Shown here piece by piece: positions 1-10,695 of a stretch of 64,000 bases of DNA. Position numbers and translations under genes: made by a program. The stretch lies in the NCBI GenBank assembly GCA_028683855.1, contig JAQUHA010000019.1, forward strand, positions 12,622 through 76,621. Direction: 5' to 3'. The notes beneath the pieces are model-generated. The model was not told the DNA's origin, ran no database searches, and saw only the letters and a program-made list of their open reading frames with translations. The DNA is from Desulfuromonadaceae bacterium (GTDB taxonomy: Bacteria > Desulfobacterota > Desulfuromonadia > Geobacterales > Pseudopelobacteraceae). The first letter of the stretch is position 1; each line of letters begins with the position of its first letter.

Positions 1-207
1 ATCTGCACCATCACGAAAAAAATTCTTGATGTAAAACGGTTGGTGATATAGCAGCATGACCAGATCCGTTATTTCATATTTTTTAAGCAGTTCAACGATA
101 TGAAGCATGATTGGACGGTTGAAAAGCGGAATCATAGGTTTTGGCATACTTCCGGTGAGTGGTTGAATGCGGGTACCGAAGCCCCCCGCCATAATGACAG
201 CTTTCAT
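1..207 (-). CDS. sugar-phosphate nucleotidyltransferase (NTP_transferase family, mannose-1-P guanylyl-/glucose-1-P nucleotidyltransferase-like). Only the N-terminal 69 codons are present; the gene continues past the window start.
   Basis: Open-ended, so absent from the ORF track. Reverse strand from the ATG at 205-207 reads MKAVIMAGGFGTRIQPLTGSMPKPMIPLFNRPIMLHIVELLKKYEITDLV..., carrying the GxGTR...PK signature of sugar nucleotidyltransferases. A G-rich Shine-Dalgarno (GGGGGG) sits immediately upstream. Confidence 0.7.
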   Translation of the reverse strand, partial: MKAVIMAGGFGTRIQPLTGSMPKPMIPLFNRPIMLHIVELLKKYEITDLVMLLYHQPFYIKNFFRDGAD

Positions 208-221
208 AAACCCCCCTTTTG

Positions 222-247
222 TAAAAATCAGAATTTCTACGATTCTG
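222..247 (-). terminator. weak candidate intrinsic terminator after the response-regulator gene
   Basis: On the minus strand: CAGAAT-cgtagaa-ATTCTG (6-bp AT-rich stem) followed by ATTTTT, starting about 19 nt after the stop at 266. The stem is weak. Confidence 0.3.
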
Positions 248-265
248 GAAGAGCAGCTTCTGCTA

Positions 266-637
266 CTACTTCGCTTTTAACGCTTTTTTTGCCAGAACCC
301 GCGAAATTTCCTGTTTAAGTTCAGTAAGGTCGCCTGACTTTACTACATAGCCATCAGCCAGCCATGCCGAGAAATCATCTTTGTAGCAGGAGAATGCCGA
401 GCATAGAATTACCGGCATCTCATGACGCTCTTTAACCAGTTTTTGTAACAGCTCAATGCCGCTTTCATTTTTCAGCTTGATATCCAGAATTGCGAGATCA
501 AATGTGGCAAGCTGTAGTTTTTCGACCGCCTCGGCGCTGCTCGCAGCTGTCTCTACTTCATACCCCTCGTCTTTCAACTCTTCAGCGTACAGCAAGCGAA
601 TGTTTGCTTCATCATCTACTACAAGTAATCTGCTCAT
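266..637 (-). CDS. single-domain CheY-like response regulator (receiver only)
   Basis: MSRLLVVDDEANIRLLY...FDLAILDIKL...PVILCSAF...GYVVKS has the acidic pocket DD, the phospho-acceptor D in LDIKL and the conserved K. Its start overlaps the upstream kinase stop by 4 bp. Confidence 0.85.
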   Translation of the reverse strand: MSRLLVVDDEANIRLLYAEELKDEGYEVETAASSAEAVEKLQLATFDLAILDIKLKNESGIELLQKLVKERHEMPVILCSAFSCYKDDFSAWLADGYVVKSGDLTELKQEISRVLAKKALKAK

Positions 638-2259
638 GACTGCTCCTCCTTGTGAGTGGGAAGTGTTATGATATAACGAATACCCTCCGGCTCATCGGCT
701 ATCGCCAGAAATGGTATTCCCTGCTTTTCCAGCATGGTTTTACATAATGCCAAACCTAAGCCGGCACCAAGATCCCGGGTTTCTGAAAACGGAATGAGAA
801 GGTGATCAAGTTCAGCCTGAGTTATGTTGCGGCTTCGATCTTTAACTACAAGAACAACTCCGGATTCTCGATTTTCGGAAGTTATTGTGATGGTCTTGTC
901 TTCACCTACCCCGCTGATATCGCTCTGCAGGATCGTGCGGAGAGAGTAGGAGAGCTGCTTGAAGTCTATATATACCGGCGGAATATGATCTCCCGGAGTA
1001 TAGATTGTACCGTACCCCTCTGCTGTCAGAAGGTCAGAAGTGTCACGCAGAGCGGTTTCAATCAACTGATTAACATCCCAGAAATCACGAGTCGGATATA
1101 GTGAGTCGGAATAGTTGAGAATTTCATCCAGAACACCTTCAAGATGCCTGGTTTCAGCTACTATTGACTCGATGAAAGTCCGTCTCGGATCAGACTCTGA
1201 GCTGTTTTTAAGCATTGAGCGCGCAAATCCACCGATGACCATAAGCGGGTTGCGTACTGAATGAGCAATGCTTGAGGTTATACGTCCGACCAGAGCCATA
1301 TTCTCCATCCGGACTATTAAATCCTGCTGTTCCTTTAACTTCTTTCCAGCTTCAGTCACACGGTTAAGTTCCACCTGAAGCTTGTCATAAAGTGCCGCCC
1401 GCTCAATTGCAAATGCCACCGGAAAACTGAAACTCTCAAGCGAACGCATATCATCATCGCTGATCCTGCGATGTGTAATAAAGTTATCCGCTATAATCAT
1501 CCCTATACGTCTGGTACGCGAAATAAGCGGCATGAGCAGAAAAGTATCAACTCCGAGTAGTCGTGCCAGTTCAGCTGGAACATCCGGATTATTGAAAGCA
1601 TCTTCTATAAGAACAGGGTGTTGAGATGCGAGTGCTTTTACAATGATGTGATTTGTATCACTTATCGGTATGGTAAGCTGCTCAAGAATGTCGTGGAACT
1701 TTGCGCGCTCCGAACTGAGTTTGTTAAGGCGGAAATTCTGCGCGAGGGATTTCAGATCCATGTCTTTGCTGCTGATTTCGTTCCAGACCTGCCCCGCCTC
1801 TTCCAGTGTGCGGGGTCCGATCCCCAGATAACCATTTAGCAAGCCTGTTTCACGATCTTTCAACAGCAGAAAGGCTCGATTCATACCGAAGCCTTTCCCT
1901 GCGGTGATGGCGGTTAAAGCAACGGAGAGAACTTCATCAAGATCAACGGAACTCTGCAGCACATAACCGAGTTCATGAAGAAAACGGATTTCAAGTGTTT
2001 TAGTGTCAAGGAAGTTGCCAAGGGACTGGATCTGGTTTTTTTGTCTCTGATATTCACTAAGCAGAAGCGACAGGATGGGTGATAGAGGGTTAGAGGAGTC
2101 CTGAAAACGGGCAATATCAGCCGCCAGTCTGTCGCACTCGATACACTTTTGAAGCTGGCGCTGCTCTTTTAAATCAAGCAGCTCCTTTTCATCATTATGG
2201 ATGTTCAGGCATTCTCCCTGGGCAATACAATCTCTATTCCAGCAAAAATCCGAATCCAC
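634..2259 (-). CDS. soluble sensor histidine kinase with an N-terminal Cys cluster, a GAF-like domain and HisKA/HATPase domains
   Basis: H-box SSIAHSVRNPLMVIGGF and G-box DLGAGLGLALCK. A GAF-like central region (FGMNRAFLLL...IIADN). No transmembrane segment. GTG start with GAGG 7 nt upstream. Confidence 0.85.
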   Translation of the reverse strand: MDSDFCWNRDCIAQGECLNIHNDEKELLDLKEQRQLQKCIECDRLAADIARFQDSSNPLSPILSLLLSEYQRQKNQIQSLGNFLDTKTLEIRFLHELGYVLQSSVDLDEVLSVALTAITAGKGFGMNRAFLLLKDRETGLLNGYLGIGPRTLEEAGQVWNEISSKDMDLKSLAQNFRLNKLSSERAKFHDILEQLTIPISDTNHIIVKALASQHPVLIEDAFNNPDVPAELARLLGVDTFLLMPLISRTRRIGMIIADNFITHRRISDDDMRSLESFSFPVAFAIERAALYDKLQVELNRVTEAGKKLKEQQDLIVRMENMALVGRITSSIAHSVRNPLMVIGGFARSMLKNSSESDPRRTFIESIVAETRHLEGVLDEILNYSDSLYPTRDFWDVNQLIETALRDTSDLLTAEGYGTIYTPGDHIPPVYIDFKQLSYSLRTILQSDISGVGEDKTITITSENRESGVVLVVKDRSRNITQAELDHLLIPFSETRDLGAGLGLALCKTMLEKQGIPFLAIADEPEGIRYIITLPTHKEEQS

Positions 2260-2320
2260 GCTGAACCTCGTTAGATATTAGTAGAGTGGGAGTATAACAG
2301 TCATTTGTGAAGATGCAACT

Positions 2321-3802
2321 TTACTTCACATTCCAGGTTGTACCCTGTTGAGAATCAAGAAGCTGAATCCCTTTTGAGAGTAGCTGATCACGGATTTCAT
2401 CACTACGTCTGAAATTTTTTGCTCTGCGAGCCTCGGCTCGTTCCGCAATAAGCAGTTCTATATCTTCCGGCGATATGTCTATCTGTTCACTCTTGGATGC
2501 TTTTATCTCGTACAGCCAAAGTGCCGGTGCGGTTGTAAATAGACCAAGAACGCCCCCGACTTCCGCAAACAGATGACGGGTTCGAGCCATTAATGAAAGT
2601 GCAATCGGTGTGACTTCCAGATTCTCAGCCAGAAAGCGATTAGCTGTACGAACGGTATCAAACAGAACGCCGAGGGCAAGTGCGCTGTTAAAATCATCAT
2701 CCATGGCTTCTGTAAAACGGGTCAAAAACTGGTTCAATTTATCCTGAAGCTCCTGACCAACCTGACACAGAGATTCTACTGCTGTAACATCAGCTGAGAC
2801 GATGTCCCCTTTCAGTATTTCATCAAGAGCAGCCATGCATGAGTAGATCCGCTCCAGCCCCGATTGGGCATCATCCAGATTCTGATCCGAGAAATCAATC
2901 GGCGATCTGTAGTGAGCGGAGAGTATGAAAAACCGAAGGGTTTCGGGGTGATATTTTTTGAGAACCTCACGAATTGTAAAAAAGTTACCGAGAGATTTAC
3001 TCATTTTTTCGGCGTTTATATTGACAAAGCCGTTATGTATCCAGTAACGGACAAACTGACAGCCGTTTGCCCCTTCCGACTGGGCAATTTCATTTTCGTG
3101 GTGTGGAAATACGAGATCTTTGCCCCCTCCATGAATGTCAAAAGTTTTGCCAAGAAACTCCATACTCATTGCTGAGCACTCAATATGCCACCCGGGACGC
3201 CCGTTTCCCCACGGAGATTCCCACCACGGCTCTCCAGGTTTTGACCCTTTCCAGAGAGCAAAGTCCATCGGGTGACGTTTTTTATCTCCTACTTCAACTC
3301 TTGCCCCTGCCTGCATATCTTCAAGGTTTCTTCCTGAAAGCTTCAGATATTCCGGGAAGGTTTCTACCGCGTAATATACATCTCCGTCAGATGTATATGC
3401 GTACCCCTTGACGATAAGGGTTTCAATAATATTAATAATACCAGCTATATGGTCTGTTGCTTTTGGCTCGACGGTTGGTTTAGCCATTCCGAGAAGTGAC
3501 ATATCTTCATCGAAAGCCTGAATATAGCGATCTGCAACCGTCCTGTAATCGGTACCCTCCTGGTTTGCGCGGTTAATGATCTTGTCGTCAATGTCTGTAT
3601 AGTTTCTTATATATGTAACGTCATAACCGGCATATTTAAGATACCTGAAGATAATGTCAAAGACGATTCCGGCACGGGCGTGGCCGATATGACAATAATC
3701 ATATACTGTTACGCCGCAGACATACATACCGACCTTACCCGCTACCAACGGGACAAATATCTCTTTTTCACCTGTCAGGGTATTATAAATTCGTAACGCC
3801 AT
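2321..3802 (-). CDS. cysS: cysteine--tRNA ligase
   Basis: Class I aminoacyl-tRNA synthetase motifs HIGH (CHIGHARAG) and KMSKS ([10 protein letters not shown]), plus the CysRS-typical HIECS...FPHHENE. Confidence 0.97.
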   Translation of the reverse strand: MALRIYNTLTGEKEIFVPLVAGKVGMYVCGVTVYDYCHIGHARAGIVFDIIFRYLKYAGYDVTYIRNYTDIDDKIINRANQEGTDYRTVADRYIQAFDEDMSLLGMAKPTVEPKATDHIAGIINIIETLIVKGYAYTSDGDVYYAVETFPEYLKLSGRNLEDMQAGARVEVGDKKRHPMDFALWKGSKPGEPWWESPWGNGRPGWHIECSAMSMEFLGKTFDIHGGGKDLVFPHHENEIAQSEGANGCQFVRYWIHNGFVNINAEKMSKSLGNFFTIREVLKKYHPETLRFFILSAHYRSPIDFSDQNLDDAQSGLERIYSCMAALDEILKGDIVSADVTAVESLCQVGQELQDKLNQFLTRFTEAMDDDFNSALALGVLFDTVRTANRFLAENLEVTPIALSLMARTRHLFAEVGGVLGLFTTAPALWLYEIKASKSEQIDISPEDIELLIAERAEARRAKNFRRSDEIRDQLLSKGIQLLDSQQGTTWNVK

Positions 3803-3882
3803 TGGAAGGTACTCCAGTCATAAAATGTGTGGCATTATGCCTGCTTGCCGTATGGATGACAACAAGGGAATTGGTAGAAACA

Positions 3883-4254
3883 TCAAGCCTTCGGTGAAAT
3901 CGCAAGCTGATATATTTTTATCAGCACCAGAACCACAGCGGCACCGACAATATCCGCAACCAGATCAGCCCACTCTGCTGATCTGGTTTTTGTGAGAGTC
4001 CCCTGCATAATTTCTATCAGGATTCCAAGAGCGATGCCGTAGACAAATGAGTATTCAGCAGCACGTTTACGCGGATTAAGCGCGAGAAAAACAACATATG
4101 TTACTGTCGCAATAGCCGCAGCATGATTAAGCCTGTCCGACCCAAGTCCAACAGGAGCAGACTTACCAGGCATTAGCGCCAGCCATATAAGCGCCAATGT
4201 CAGGGTCGTGGCGAAAAACAGCCAAAAGGAATGACCTTTTTGATATTTAACCAC
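3883..4254 (-). CDS. VanZ-like small membrane protein
   Basis: Four hydrophobic segments. VanZ-type motifs DRLNHAAAI...Y and EIMQG...R...ADLVADIVGA. GTG start. Confidence 0.6.
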   Translation of the reverse strand: MVKYQKGHSFWLFFATTLTLALIWLALMPGKSAPVGLGSDRLNHAAAIATVTYVVFLALNPRKRAAEYSFVYGIALGILIEIMQGTLTKTRSAEWADLVADIVGAAVVLVLIKIYQLAISPKA

Positions 4255-4319
4255 ACCGTTTAACCTGCGTGAGAATGTAGCAAACCTCTGAGTTTTGTCC
4301 CGATTCCGTCAGCATTTAT

Positions 4320-6947
4320 CTATCTTAAGCCAAGGATAACCGTGCCGGCTGTCACGGCAACGTTAGCCAAAACTTGTGTCCAGTCTTTTATCTCTCTCAT
4401 CCATGCAGTTCTCTCAAGTTTTTGTGGAACAACCAGTGTGTCACCGGCTCCAAGCGAAGATGAAAGGAATCCGCCAAAGCTCCAATGACTCCCTTCAACA
4501 CTCCACTGCATACCGAAAGAAGATGATTGCTGACGACTATAAACCGTACCGTCTGCACGGATTATATACATCTCTGACGTTTCAGCATCCTTGGAGGGGC
4601 CACCCGATTTATTAAGATAATTTTCAACGCTATTATCAGGTTGATATATGAATGATGTTGGATTATAAACCTGCCCCATCACATTGACTACTCCAGGGCG
4701 AGGTGGAATAAAAAGCTTATCGCCCCCCTCCAGCAGTAGATCATACTCGCTAGTACTCAGATTATTAGCATCATTAAGCTGAATAACAACACGCCCCTCA
4801 GCTTTTAGGGTCTTCAGCCTGTCAATATTTTTTTTAAGCCCTTCCATTGAAGCTAGAGTTGCATCCAGCTCTGATTTAGAGGAGGCTATAGATGCCAACT
4901 CTGATTTTTTACTGAATAAATCAGCCTCCGTTTTTGAAAGGACATCATCCATTCTTTTTTGCTGCTGCTCCATTACGGAACGTCTGGTAAATTTTGCCCC
5001 GCGCAGATAAGCTTTATCAGTAAAACCACCTGCTCTATTGATAATTGAACTTAATTTTTCCCCCTTGTAAATCGGGTAAATTCCAGGAAAACGAAATTCA
5101 CCGGCAAGCGTTACATAGCGCTCAACCTCTTCCGTCCAGCTTGGAATTTTCCTCACTGAAAGCTCATCGAATGGCAAAAGAGTAATATTGTTTTCCGGAT
5201 CATTTTTAAGTGCCTTATCAAGATTGATTATCAAGGATGACATGGATACATTATCAGTACTCCGCTGCATTCGCGAAATTTCTGCATTCTTAAGAAAAGC
5301 CGTCATTTTTACGTTTCCGGAACTATAAATCAGGTCCCTCACAGTCATTCCCTTAAGAAGTCTATACTGACCTGGCTTCTGCACTTCACCGGAGACACGC
5401 ACATACGGCATCTCCTCCATATCCCATTTTGAATATATAGTTACGGTGTCAAACTCCTTAAGCTCCAGGTTGAAATCAGCTTCACCCGCTATCGCCTTGG
5501 CTGGGTTTATGACTATCATTTCAGGCTGATAACTCGGGGCGACCAGTCGATTAATAGTTCCAATGTTCTGGTGATATTCCGGCAGCAGGTTATCAGGAGG
5601 CAAAAGATCCGCCAATTTCATGCCCGGTTTTATAGCATAATCACCTGGTCTCAATACATAACCCGCTAAACGGACATAACCACGTACTGTGCTGTCAATA
5701 GGGAAAATTTTCACCAGATCCATATCTTTTATTGGAATATCTGCCGCCAAGGAATCTATGTTCGTGTCGGCAGACTGAGGCTCAAGATTTACGTCGACAA
5801 CACTTCTCTTCACATTGGCATCAACTCGCAATATTTGAAGCCGTTGGAGATATCCTGTAGAAACAATTCCGTCTGCAAGGTCAAGAAGATCTTTAAGTGT
5901 TTTCTCGTTTTTAAGCTCGAAAATTGCTGGGCGCCTCACGTTTCCAGATACTCCGACTACGGAACCTAATGATGGAATAAAAACAGTGTCACCAGATTGC
6001 AGTCGTATATCGCGGCTTTTATCCCCTTTTAGAAAAAATTCGTAGAGATCAACAGTATCTACAAGCTTGCCGTCACGCTTGATAGCGATAGAACGGAGGC
6101 TGCCGTTACGAGACGGCCCCCCTGCAGCCGAAAGTGCATTTAGAAGGGTTGACATTGATGATATATTATAATCCCCGGGAGCTTTAACATTTCCAACGAC
6201 ATACACCTTGATCATTCTGAGCTTACCCATTGTAACGCTCAGTTCAAAGTTTCTGTAAATACGCGAAAGCTGCCCGGTTAACAGCTGTGGAAGCTTGCCA
6301 AAGGTTACACCCGCAACTTGAACCGGTCCAACTTTAGGTATGACAACTTCTCCGTTGCGATTGACTTCAAGCGGCAATGATGCGTCTATTCCACCCCATA
6401 TTGTCAGATTAATCCGGTCTCCAGCCCCCAGAATATAGTCTGGTCCCACAGGGATATCACTTACAGCAACAAAAGGATCTGCGGCTGACTGGAAAAAATT
6501 GTAGCCAAATTGAGTGAGTCTTTTTAATGTAAACTTCTGTGGTGCTGTTTTAGTCGCATAATCGACGGAGTCGATCATAGCGGCTTCTACTGCTGAAGGT
6601 TCTGATACAATATCTGATACGACTTGCTGCCCGTCTGAACTGGAGTTAAGTGATGAATTGTTTTTTTGGTTAGCGTTTTGAAGAAATTCACCCGAACCTT
6701 CAGGAACTTGAGAGAGAGGGGTTGTCTGTTTACCAAAAGCTGATTCGGCACCCTGTGAGTATGTTGTGGTTGCAGGCGGTGCGGATGGCATAGCTACCTG
6801 AGAAGAGGGGATGCCAACTGCTGTAGCCGCCGAAATTACGGGGGCTACAGCAGTTGGCGCTACAGCAGTTTCAGCAAAAATATATGTTGCAGTACATACA
6901 GTAATCAAGAGCGCAGTTGCAACCGCTTTAAGCAGATTCTTCATCAA
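4320..6947 (-). CDS. polysaccharide export protein (Wza/KpsD-like Poly_export domain with several SLBB domains and a coiled-coil segment)
   Basis: Signal peptide. YILGAGDRINLTIWG is the Poly_export signature. The motif 'V.V.G.V..PG.Y.l..g.tl.dli..aGG' recurs at least 4 times (SLBB domains). The N-terminus has a low-complexity Ala/Pro/Ser linker. Confidence 0.8.
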   Translation of the reverse strand: MMKNLLKAVATALLITVCTATYIFAETAVAPTAVAPVISAATAVGIPSSQVAMPSAPPATTTYSQGAESAFGKQTTPLSQVPEGSGEFLQNANQKNNSSLNSSSDGQQVVSDIVSEPSAVEAAMIDSVDYATKTAPQKFTLKRLTQFGYNFFQSAADPFVAVSDIPVGPDYILGAGDRINLTIWGGIDASLPLEVNRNGEVVIPKVGPVQVAGVTFGKLPQLLTGQLSRIYRNFELSVTMGKLRMIKVYVVGNVKAPGDYNISSMSTLLNALSAAGGPSRNGSLRSIAIKRDGKLVDTVDLYEFFLKGDKSRDIRLQSGDTVFIPSLGSVVGVSGNVRRPAIFELKNEKTLKDLLDLADGIVSTGYLQRLQILRVDANVKRSVVDVNLEPQSADTNIDSLAADIPIKDMDLVKIFPIDSTVRGYVRLAGYVLRPGDYAIKPGMKLADLLPPDNLLPEYHQNIGTINRLVAPSYQPEMIVINPAKAIAGEADFNLELKEFDTVTIYSKWDMEEMPYVRVSGEVQKPGQYRLLKGMTVRDLIYSSGNVKMTAFLKNAEISRMQRSTDNVSMSSLIINLDKALKNDPENNITLLPFDELSVRKIPSWTEEVERYVTLAGEFRFPGIYPIYKGEKLSSIINRAGGFTDKAYLRGAKFTRRSVMEQQQKRMDDVLSKTEADLFSKKSELASIASSKSELDATLASMEGLKKNIDRLKTLKAEGRVVIQLNDANNLSTSEYDLLLEGGDKLFIPPRPGVVNVMGQVYNPTSFIYQPDNSVENYLNKSGGPSKDAETSEMYIIRADGTVYSRQQSSSFGMQWSVEGSHWSFGGFLSSSLGAGDTLVVPQKLERTAWMREIKDWTQVLANVAVTAGTVILGLR

Positions 6948-7140
6948 ATTTACCCCTTTGACTATTTAACTATTGATTAAGTTGAAGTGTAATGTGCGGG
7001 GCGATATTACGTTAGTAAATAGTAAAACGTCAATAACTTGATTTAAAACTACTATTTTGAATTTGCATCAATGATAATTCTGATGTAGATTAACGCCTTT
7101 AAAATATCCGTATTTTCAGTATACGAGGAGTTTTAAAAAT

Positions 7141-9054
7141 ATGCTGACTAAACGTCGTCTCTTGGTCTTTGTTTCAGATTTAATTATGATAGCGGCTGCC
7201 CTCTGCAGCGCTTTTCTACTGCGGTTTGACTTCATAATTCCATCAGCTCAGGCTGAACTTTTCTGGCAATGCCTGATGGTTGTTCTGATCGTAAAGCCGC
7301 TTGTCTTTCTGGTAACCGGTTTCTACAACAGTCTCTGGCGTTATGCGTCGGTGCAGGATGCAGTTGAAATACTCAAAGGTGTCACTATATCTTCGGTTCT
7401 AGCTGTCTCAGCTCTGTTTTTTCTTCGCCAGTTCACTCCGGTTCCACGCTCGATCTTTGTTCTTGATTTTATTCTTCTATTTACTCTGCTCGCCGCGAGT
7501 CGACTGATATGGCGTCTTTTGCGCGAGACTTACATCGTTGGGAGAAGTTGTGAAGGACCGCAGACTATCATTGTCGGCGCCGGTGAAGCGGGGAGTCTGT
7601 TGTTAAAAGATATACGAAGACAGCCCCATGCTGCTTATAATGTTTGCGGCTTTGTAGATGATGACCTCGAGAAAAAAGGGATGAAACTTCACGGGATTCC
7701 GGTTTTAGGAACTACAAAGCAGCTTAAGTCTCTAATCATCGCATACGAGATTGAAGATGTTATAATTGCAATGCCTTCAGCCAATGGCAAGACAATTCGG
7801 GATATAATAGATTCCTGCAAAAACGCAAATGTTACTTTTAAAACACTTCCTGGCATAAGCGATCTTATTGACGGTTCGCTGACAATCTCACAAATTAAAA
7901 ATGTTGAGATAGAGGATCTTCTCGGGCGTGAACCGGTACAGCTGGATAGAGAGCTGATATGCAATTATCTTACTGACAAGCGCGTTCTGGTGACCGGTGC
8001 CGGTGGCAGTATAGGGAGCGAAGTCTGCCGTCAGGTTGTTCAGTTCTCACCGGCAAAACTTATTTTACTCGATCAGTCTGAAACCGCACTGTATGAGATA
8101 GAGAAAGAGCTGGTTGCTAATTTTTCAAACGTAAGAATAATGCCTCTAATCGCGGACGTGCAGGATCGCGAAAAAATTATGGCGGCTTTTGAGGAGTTAA
8201 CTCCTGAGGTGGTATTTCATGCGGCAGCCTACAAGCATGTGCCGATGATGGAGTATAACCCGGCTCAGGCGGTTCTTAATAATGTATTTGGATCAAAGAA
8301 TATTGCTGATGCCGCCCATACATTCAAAAGCCGCAATATGGTTATGATATCCACCGATAAGGCGGTTAATCCGACTAACGTCATGGGGGCAACCAAAAGA
8401 GCTGCAGAAATATATATTCAGGCTCTTTCCAGAGCCAGCACGACCAAGTTCACTACGGTACGTTTTGGGAATGTTCTTGGGAGCAACGGCAGCGTCATAC
8501 CTCTGTTTAAAGAGCAGATCGCAAAGGGGGGACCGTTAACAGTTACAGACAAACGTATCATCCGATACTTCATGACCATTCCAGAGGCTACGCAACTTGT
8601 TCTGCAAGCGGGGAGCATGGGGCGCGGCAGCGAAATACTGCTGCTTGACATGGGTGAACCGGTACGGATAGTCGATCTGGCAGAAGAGCTTATCAGGCTG
8701 TCAGGCCTGACTCCGTATGAGGATATTGAGATCGTATTCACCGGCCTCCGCCCTGGTGAAAAACTGTTTGAGGAGCTGCTTATAGATGGAGAGGGGATAC
8801 TTCCTACTTCGCATGACAAAATAAAGGTTCTGGAGTCAGTTGACATAGACCTTGAATGGGTTAGAAATGAGCTTGACTCCCTGTATACTGCTGCACGCAC
8901 GAACTGCATCAAAGATATGATAGATATCATAAAGCGCCTGGTACCCGAATACAGACCTGCCTACAGCTTCAATGGCGATGCCCCACCGACGTTTCAACGA
9001 GTTCGTCCGGATCTTTTCCCTCGCACATCCAGAGTTGTTCAGATAAGGAAATAA
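7141..9054 (+). CDS. membrane-anchored nucleotide-sugar 4,6-dehydratase/epimerase (CapD/WbpM/PglF family)
   Basis: Four N-terminal transmembrane helices. Rossmann motif VLVTGAGGSIGSE. CapD-type catalytic region MISTDKAVNPTNVMGATKRAAE. Confidence 0.9.
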   Translation: MLTKRRLLVFVSDLIMIAAALCSAFLLRFDFIIPSAQAELFWQCLMVVLIVKPLVFLVTGFYNSLWRYASVQDAVEILKGVTISSVLAVSALFFLRQFTPVPRSIFVLDFILLFTLLAASRLIWRLLRETYIVGRSCEGPQTIIVGAGEAGSLLLKDIRRQPHAAYNVCGFVDDDLEKKGMKLHGIPVLGTTKQLKSLIIAYEIEDVIIAMPSANGKTIRDIIDSCKNANVTFKTLPGISDLIDGSLTISQIKNVEIEDLLGREPVQLDRELICNYLTDKRVLVTGAGGSIGSEVCRQVVQFSPAKLILLDQSETALYEIEKELVANFSNVRIMPLIADVQDREKIMAAFEELTPEVVFHAAAYKHVPMMEYNPAQAVLNNVFGSKNIADAAHTFKSRNMVMISTDKAVNPTNVMGATKRAAEIYIQALSRASTTKFTTVRFGNVLGSNGSVIPLFKEQIAKGGPLTVTDKRIIRYFMTIPEATQLVLQAGSMGRGSEILLLDMGEPVRIVDLAEELIRLSGLTPYEDIEIVFTGLRPGEKLFEELLIDGEGILPTSHDKIKVLESVDIDLEWVRNELDSLYTAARTNCIKDMIDIIKRLVPEYRPAYSFNGDAPPTFQRVRPDLFPRTSRVVQIRK

Positions 9055-9056
9055 AG

Positions 9057-10655
9057 ATGGTTCGCAAGTTTTTTTGTCTAATAAGCCTCGTACTGTCGTC
9101 AGCCACACCCTCCTGGTCTCTCTCTTCTGCCAATATCCCTCTCGATAGCCCCGTCTACTCTTATATCGAAAAACTGTCCGGTTTCGGTTTGATAACAACT
9201 GATATCAGAGGGGTCAAACCGTATAGCAAGGCTGAGGCTGCACGGCTTCTAATGGAGGCGGAAGAAAGGCTGAATAAAGCCGAAGTTCCTTTGGATCGTT
9301 TTGCAATTCAAGTAGTCGCAAGGCTGCGCGAAATGATTCCTCGCGAAATAGCCTTACGGGAGAATCCTGACAGAAAACCACGAACGATTGATTACAATCC
9401 GCTTTCATCACTACGCCTCCGCTATGTTTTTCTCGATGGAGCCGCTCGAAATTACCAGCGTGATGTCCACGACCCGGGAGACGATGGTGTATTTGGAATA
9501 GGCAGCGGCTTGAGACCCCCAAATCCCTATCCGTCAGCTGCTCATCAGAGAGGGGGCGAAGGAACCCCGCTTATTGAGAACAACAATGGCGTTATCTACC
9601 CTGACGGACATAATGGCGAAATTAGATGGGGGAGTGAGTTTTCAGTTTCTGATTCTGCAGTCGCTGTTCTTGAACCAACTCTGCAGAGTGATGGTGAGAA
9701 CACCTCCATACGACTGAATCGTGGTTATATCAAGATAGGTGGCAAATCCCTCGAACTGGAAGCAGGTAAAGATGAAAACTGGCTGGGGCTCGGCTATCGA
9801 GGAAATATAACTCTGACCAACAATGCGGAAAACTTTACAGAGATAAAACTATCGTCACCGGAACCTTTTGATGCACCATATATTGGCTCTATGAAATTCG
9901 CGTTTATCGCTTCACGTTTCGATTATAGCAAAGTAGGCAGCGTAGAACGTCAGCCCTGGTTTTATGCTTTGAAGCTTTCCACCCGACCGCTTGAAAACCT
10001 TGAGTTCGGATTCAACCTTGGGCGACAGGTGGGTGGTCCGGGGGTAAATAACGGTTTGGGGGATTCCCTTCGCGGCTTAATCGGTGGCACCAGCGATGAC
10101 AACTCCAATGGTCTTGCCGGCTTTGAAGCTCGTTATCGCATACCCAATCTCCGCAATATGGAGCTTTATGGTGAACTCTCCGGCGAAGACACCGCCCTTT
10201 TCTGGCCGATTGTTGAGAGTTATATTGCCGGCTTGTATATCCCGCGACTGACTGATGACGGGCGCAACGACTTCAGGTTTGAATTTTTTCAAGGGAATCA
10301 GATACTTTACACCCACACAACCTTCCCTGCCGGTTATATATACAAAAATATGCCGATTGGACACTCTCAAGGGGGAGCCACGCGCGATTTTTTCTTTCGT
10401 GCAAGCCACTGGTTCAATCCACGAAACAATCTGGCGCTGGAGTATTTTTATACTAATCGTGGATATATCGGGCGGATTGGTGCGCAGTCAATTGAGAGAA
10501 AGCATTCCGGCAGAGTTTTCTGGGATATACCGCTAACCGCCAATTTTGATCTCCAGCTTGGGTATGGTGTTGAAAAAATTCAGAATATGAATCTGGTGGC
10601 TGGAGTTGAGAAAACAAATCAGATAGCAAAGTTTGAGATCAGGTACAGATACTGA
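9057..10655 (+). CDS. outer-membrane beta-barrel protein, capsule-assembly Wzi-like
   Basis: Signal peptide. N-terminal helical motif IPLDSPVYSYIEKLSGFGLI as in Wzi-family proteins. Alternating beta-strand pattern throughout and a C-terminal aromatic residue (RYRY). Starts 2 nt after the dehydratase stop. Confidence 0.55.
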   Translation: MVRKFFCLISLVLSSATPSWSLSSANIPLDSPVYSYIEKLSGFGLITTDIRGVKPYSKAEAARLLMEAEERLNKAEVPLDRFAIQVVARLREMIPREIALRENPDRKPRTIDYNPLSSLRLRYVFLDGAARNYQRDVHDPGDDGVFGIGSGLRPPNPYPSAAHQRGGEGTPLIENNNGVIYPDGHNGEIRWGSEFSVSDSAVAVLEPTLQSDGENTSIRLNRGYIKIGGKSLELEAGKDENWLGLGYRGNITLTNNAENFTEIKLSSPEPFDAPYIGSMKFAFIASRFDYSKVGSVERQPWFYALKLSTRPLENLEFGFNLGRQVGGPGVNNGLGDSLRGLIGGTSDDNSNGLAGFEARYRIPNLRNMELYGELSGEDTALFWPIVESYIAGLYIPRLTDDGRNDFRFEFFQGNQILYTHTTFPAGYIYKNMPIGHSQGGATRDFFFRASHWFNPRNNLALEYFYTNRGYIGRIGAQSIERKHSGRVFWDIPLTANFDLQLGYGVEKIQNMNLVAGVEKTNQIAKFEIRYRY

Positions 10656-10695
10656 TCAAGCAACTATAGCTGTTTGGGAATTTACCGTACAGCCT

